DNA of 64,000 bases from Octopus bimaculoides (taxonomy: Eukaryota), in the NCBI RefSeq assembly GCF_001194135.2, contig NC_069005.1, positions 19,851,887 through 19,915,886 of the forward strand. The letters are read 5' to 3'. Positions 63,600 through 64,000 of this stretch are shown piece by piece; the stretch's first letter is position 1; each line of letters opens with the position of its first letter. The position numbers were made by a program, and so were the translations under genes. The notes under the pieces were generated by a model, which was given only the letters and a program-made list of their open reading frames with translations, was not told the DNA's origin and did no database searches.

Positions 63600-64000
63600 G
63601 TTGAACTTTGCTTCCTGACCACATGGTTCCAGGTTCAGTCCCACTGAGTGGCATCTTGGGCAAACATCTTCTACTATATAGCTTTGAGATGACCAAAGCC
63701 CTGTGAGTGGATTTGCTCGATGGAAACTGAAAGAAGCCTGTTGTATATGTGTAGTTATATGTATGTATGTATGTTTTGTGTTTCCTTGTCTTTTACATTA
63801 TGTTGTTGTGGATGAACATCATTCCATAACCCATTTCCAATATTGTGCACACACATGTCTGGCCATGGAGAAATATTATCTTGATGATTGGAAACAAGTG
63901 AGGGTTGGTGACAGGAAGAGCATCTGTCTGTAGAAAACTAGTTTTGATAAAATCCATCTGACCCATATAATCATTGAATAGTGGATGTTACAATGATGAT
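63600..64000 (+). mobile_element. SINE family B variant with RTE-type 3' tail
   Basis: Family B head followed by gggttggtgacaggaagagcatc...gacccat...gatgttacaatgatgat. Confidence 0.6.

Overview
AT-rich, microsatellite-dense eukaryotic DNA with many N gaps. The SINE families, (CA)n/(TA)n/(CAT)n load and transposon relics suggest a coleoid cephalopod, probably Octopus (inference, no search run). The window lies inside a + strand paxillin-family gene. The exon at 53809-54004 encodes TRELDELMASLSEFR, matching paxillin LD4, and ends at the same point as the vertebrate beta/gamma insertion site. Upstream are two frame-preserving phase-2/phase-2 candidate cassette exons (20965-21117 and 47066-48010) that both end TTCCAGAG|GT(C/T)AGA. 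Between them is an uninterrupted ORF of at least 11,016 bp (24969-35984, at least 3,671 aa). It is acidic and low-complexity, carries three internal repeat arrays, ends in a polybasic tail and is followed by three AATAAA signals. The most interesting model, not provable from sequence alone, is a giant alternative terminal exon giving a ~400 kDa LIM-less paxillin isoform, with five LD-like helices and a KPEES heptad spacer. The introns contain tRNA-derived SINEs, RTE LINE 3' ends, a Penelope-type GIY-YIG fragment, a mariner relic, piggyBac-type MITEs, a minimal hammerhead ribozyme fold (48278-48322, minus strand) and several local fold-back inverted repeats. LD1-3, LD5 and the LIM exons were not found in the window. 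Repeat boundaries are read by eye and approximate.
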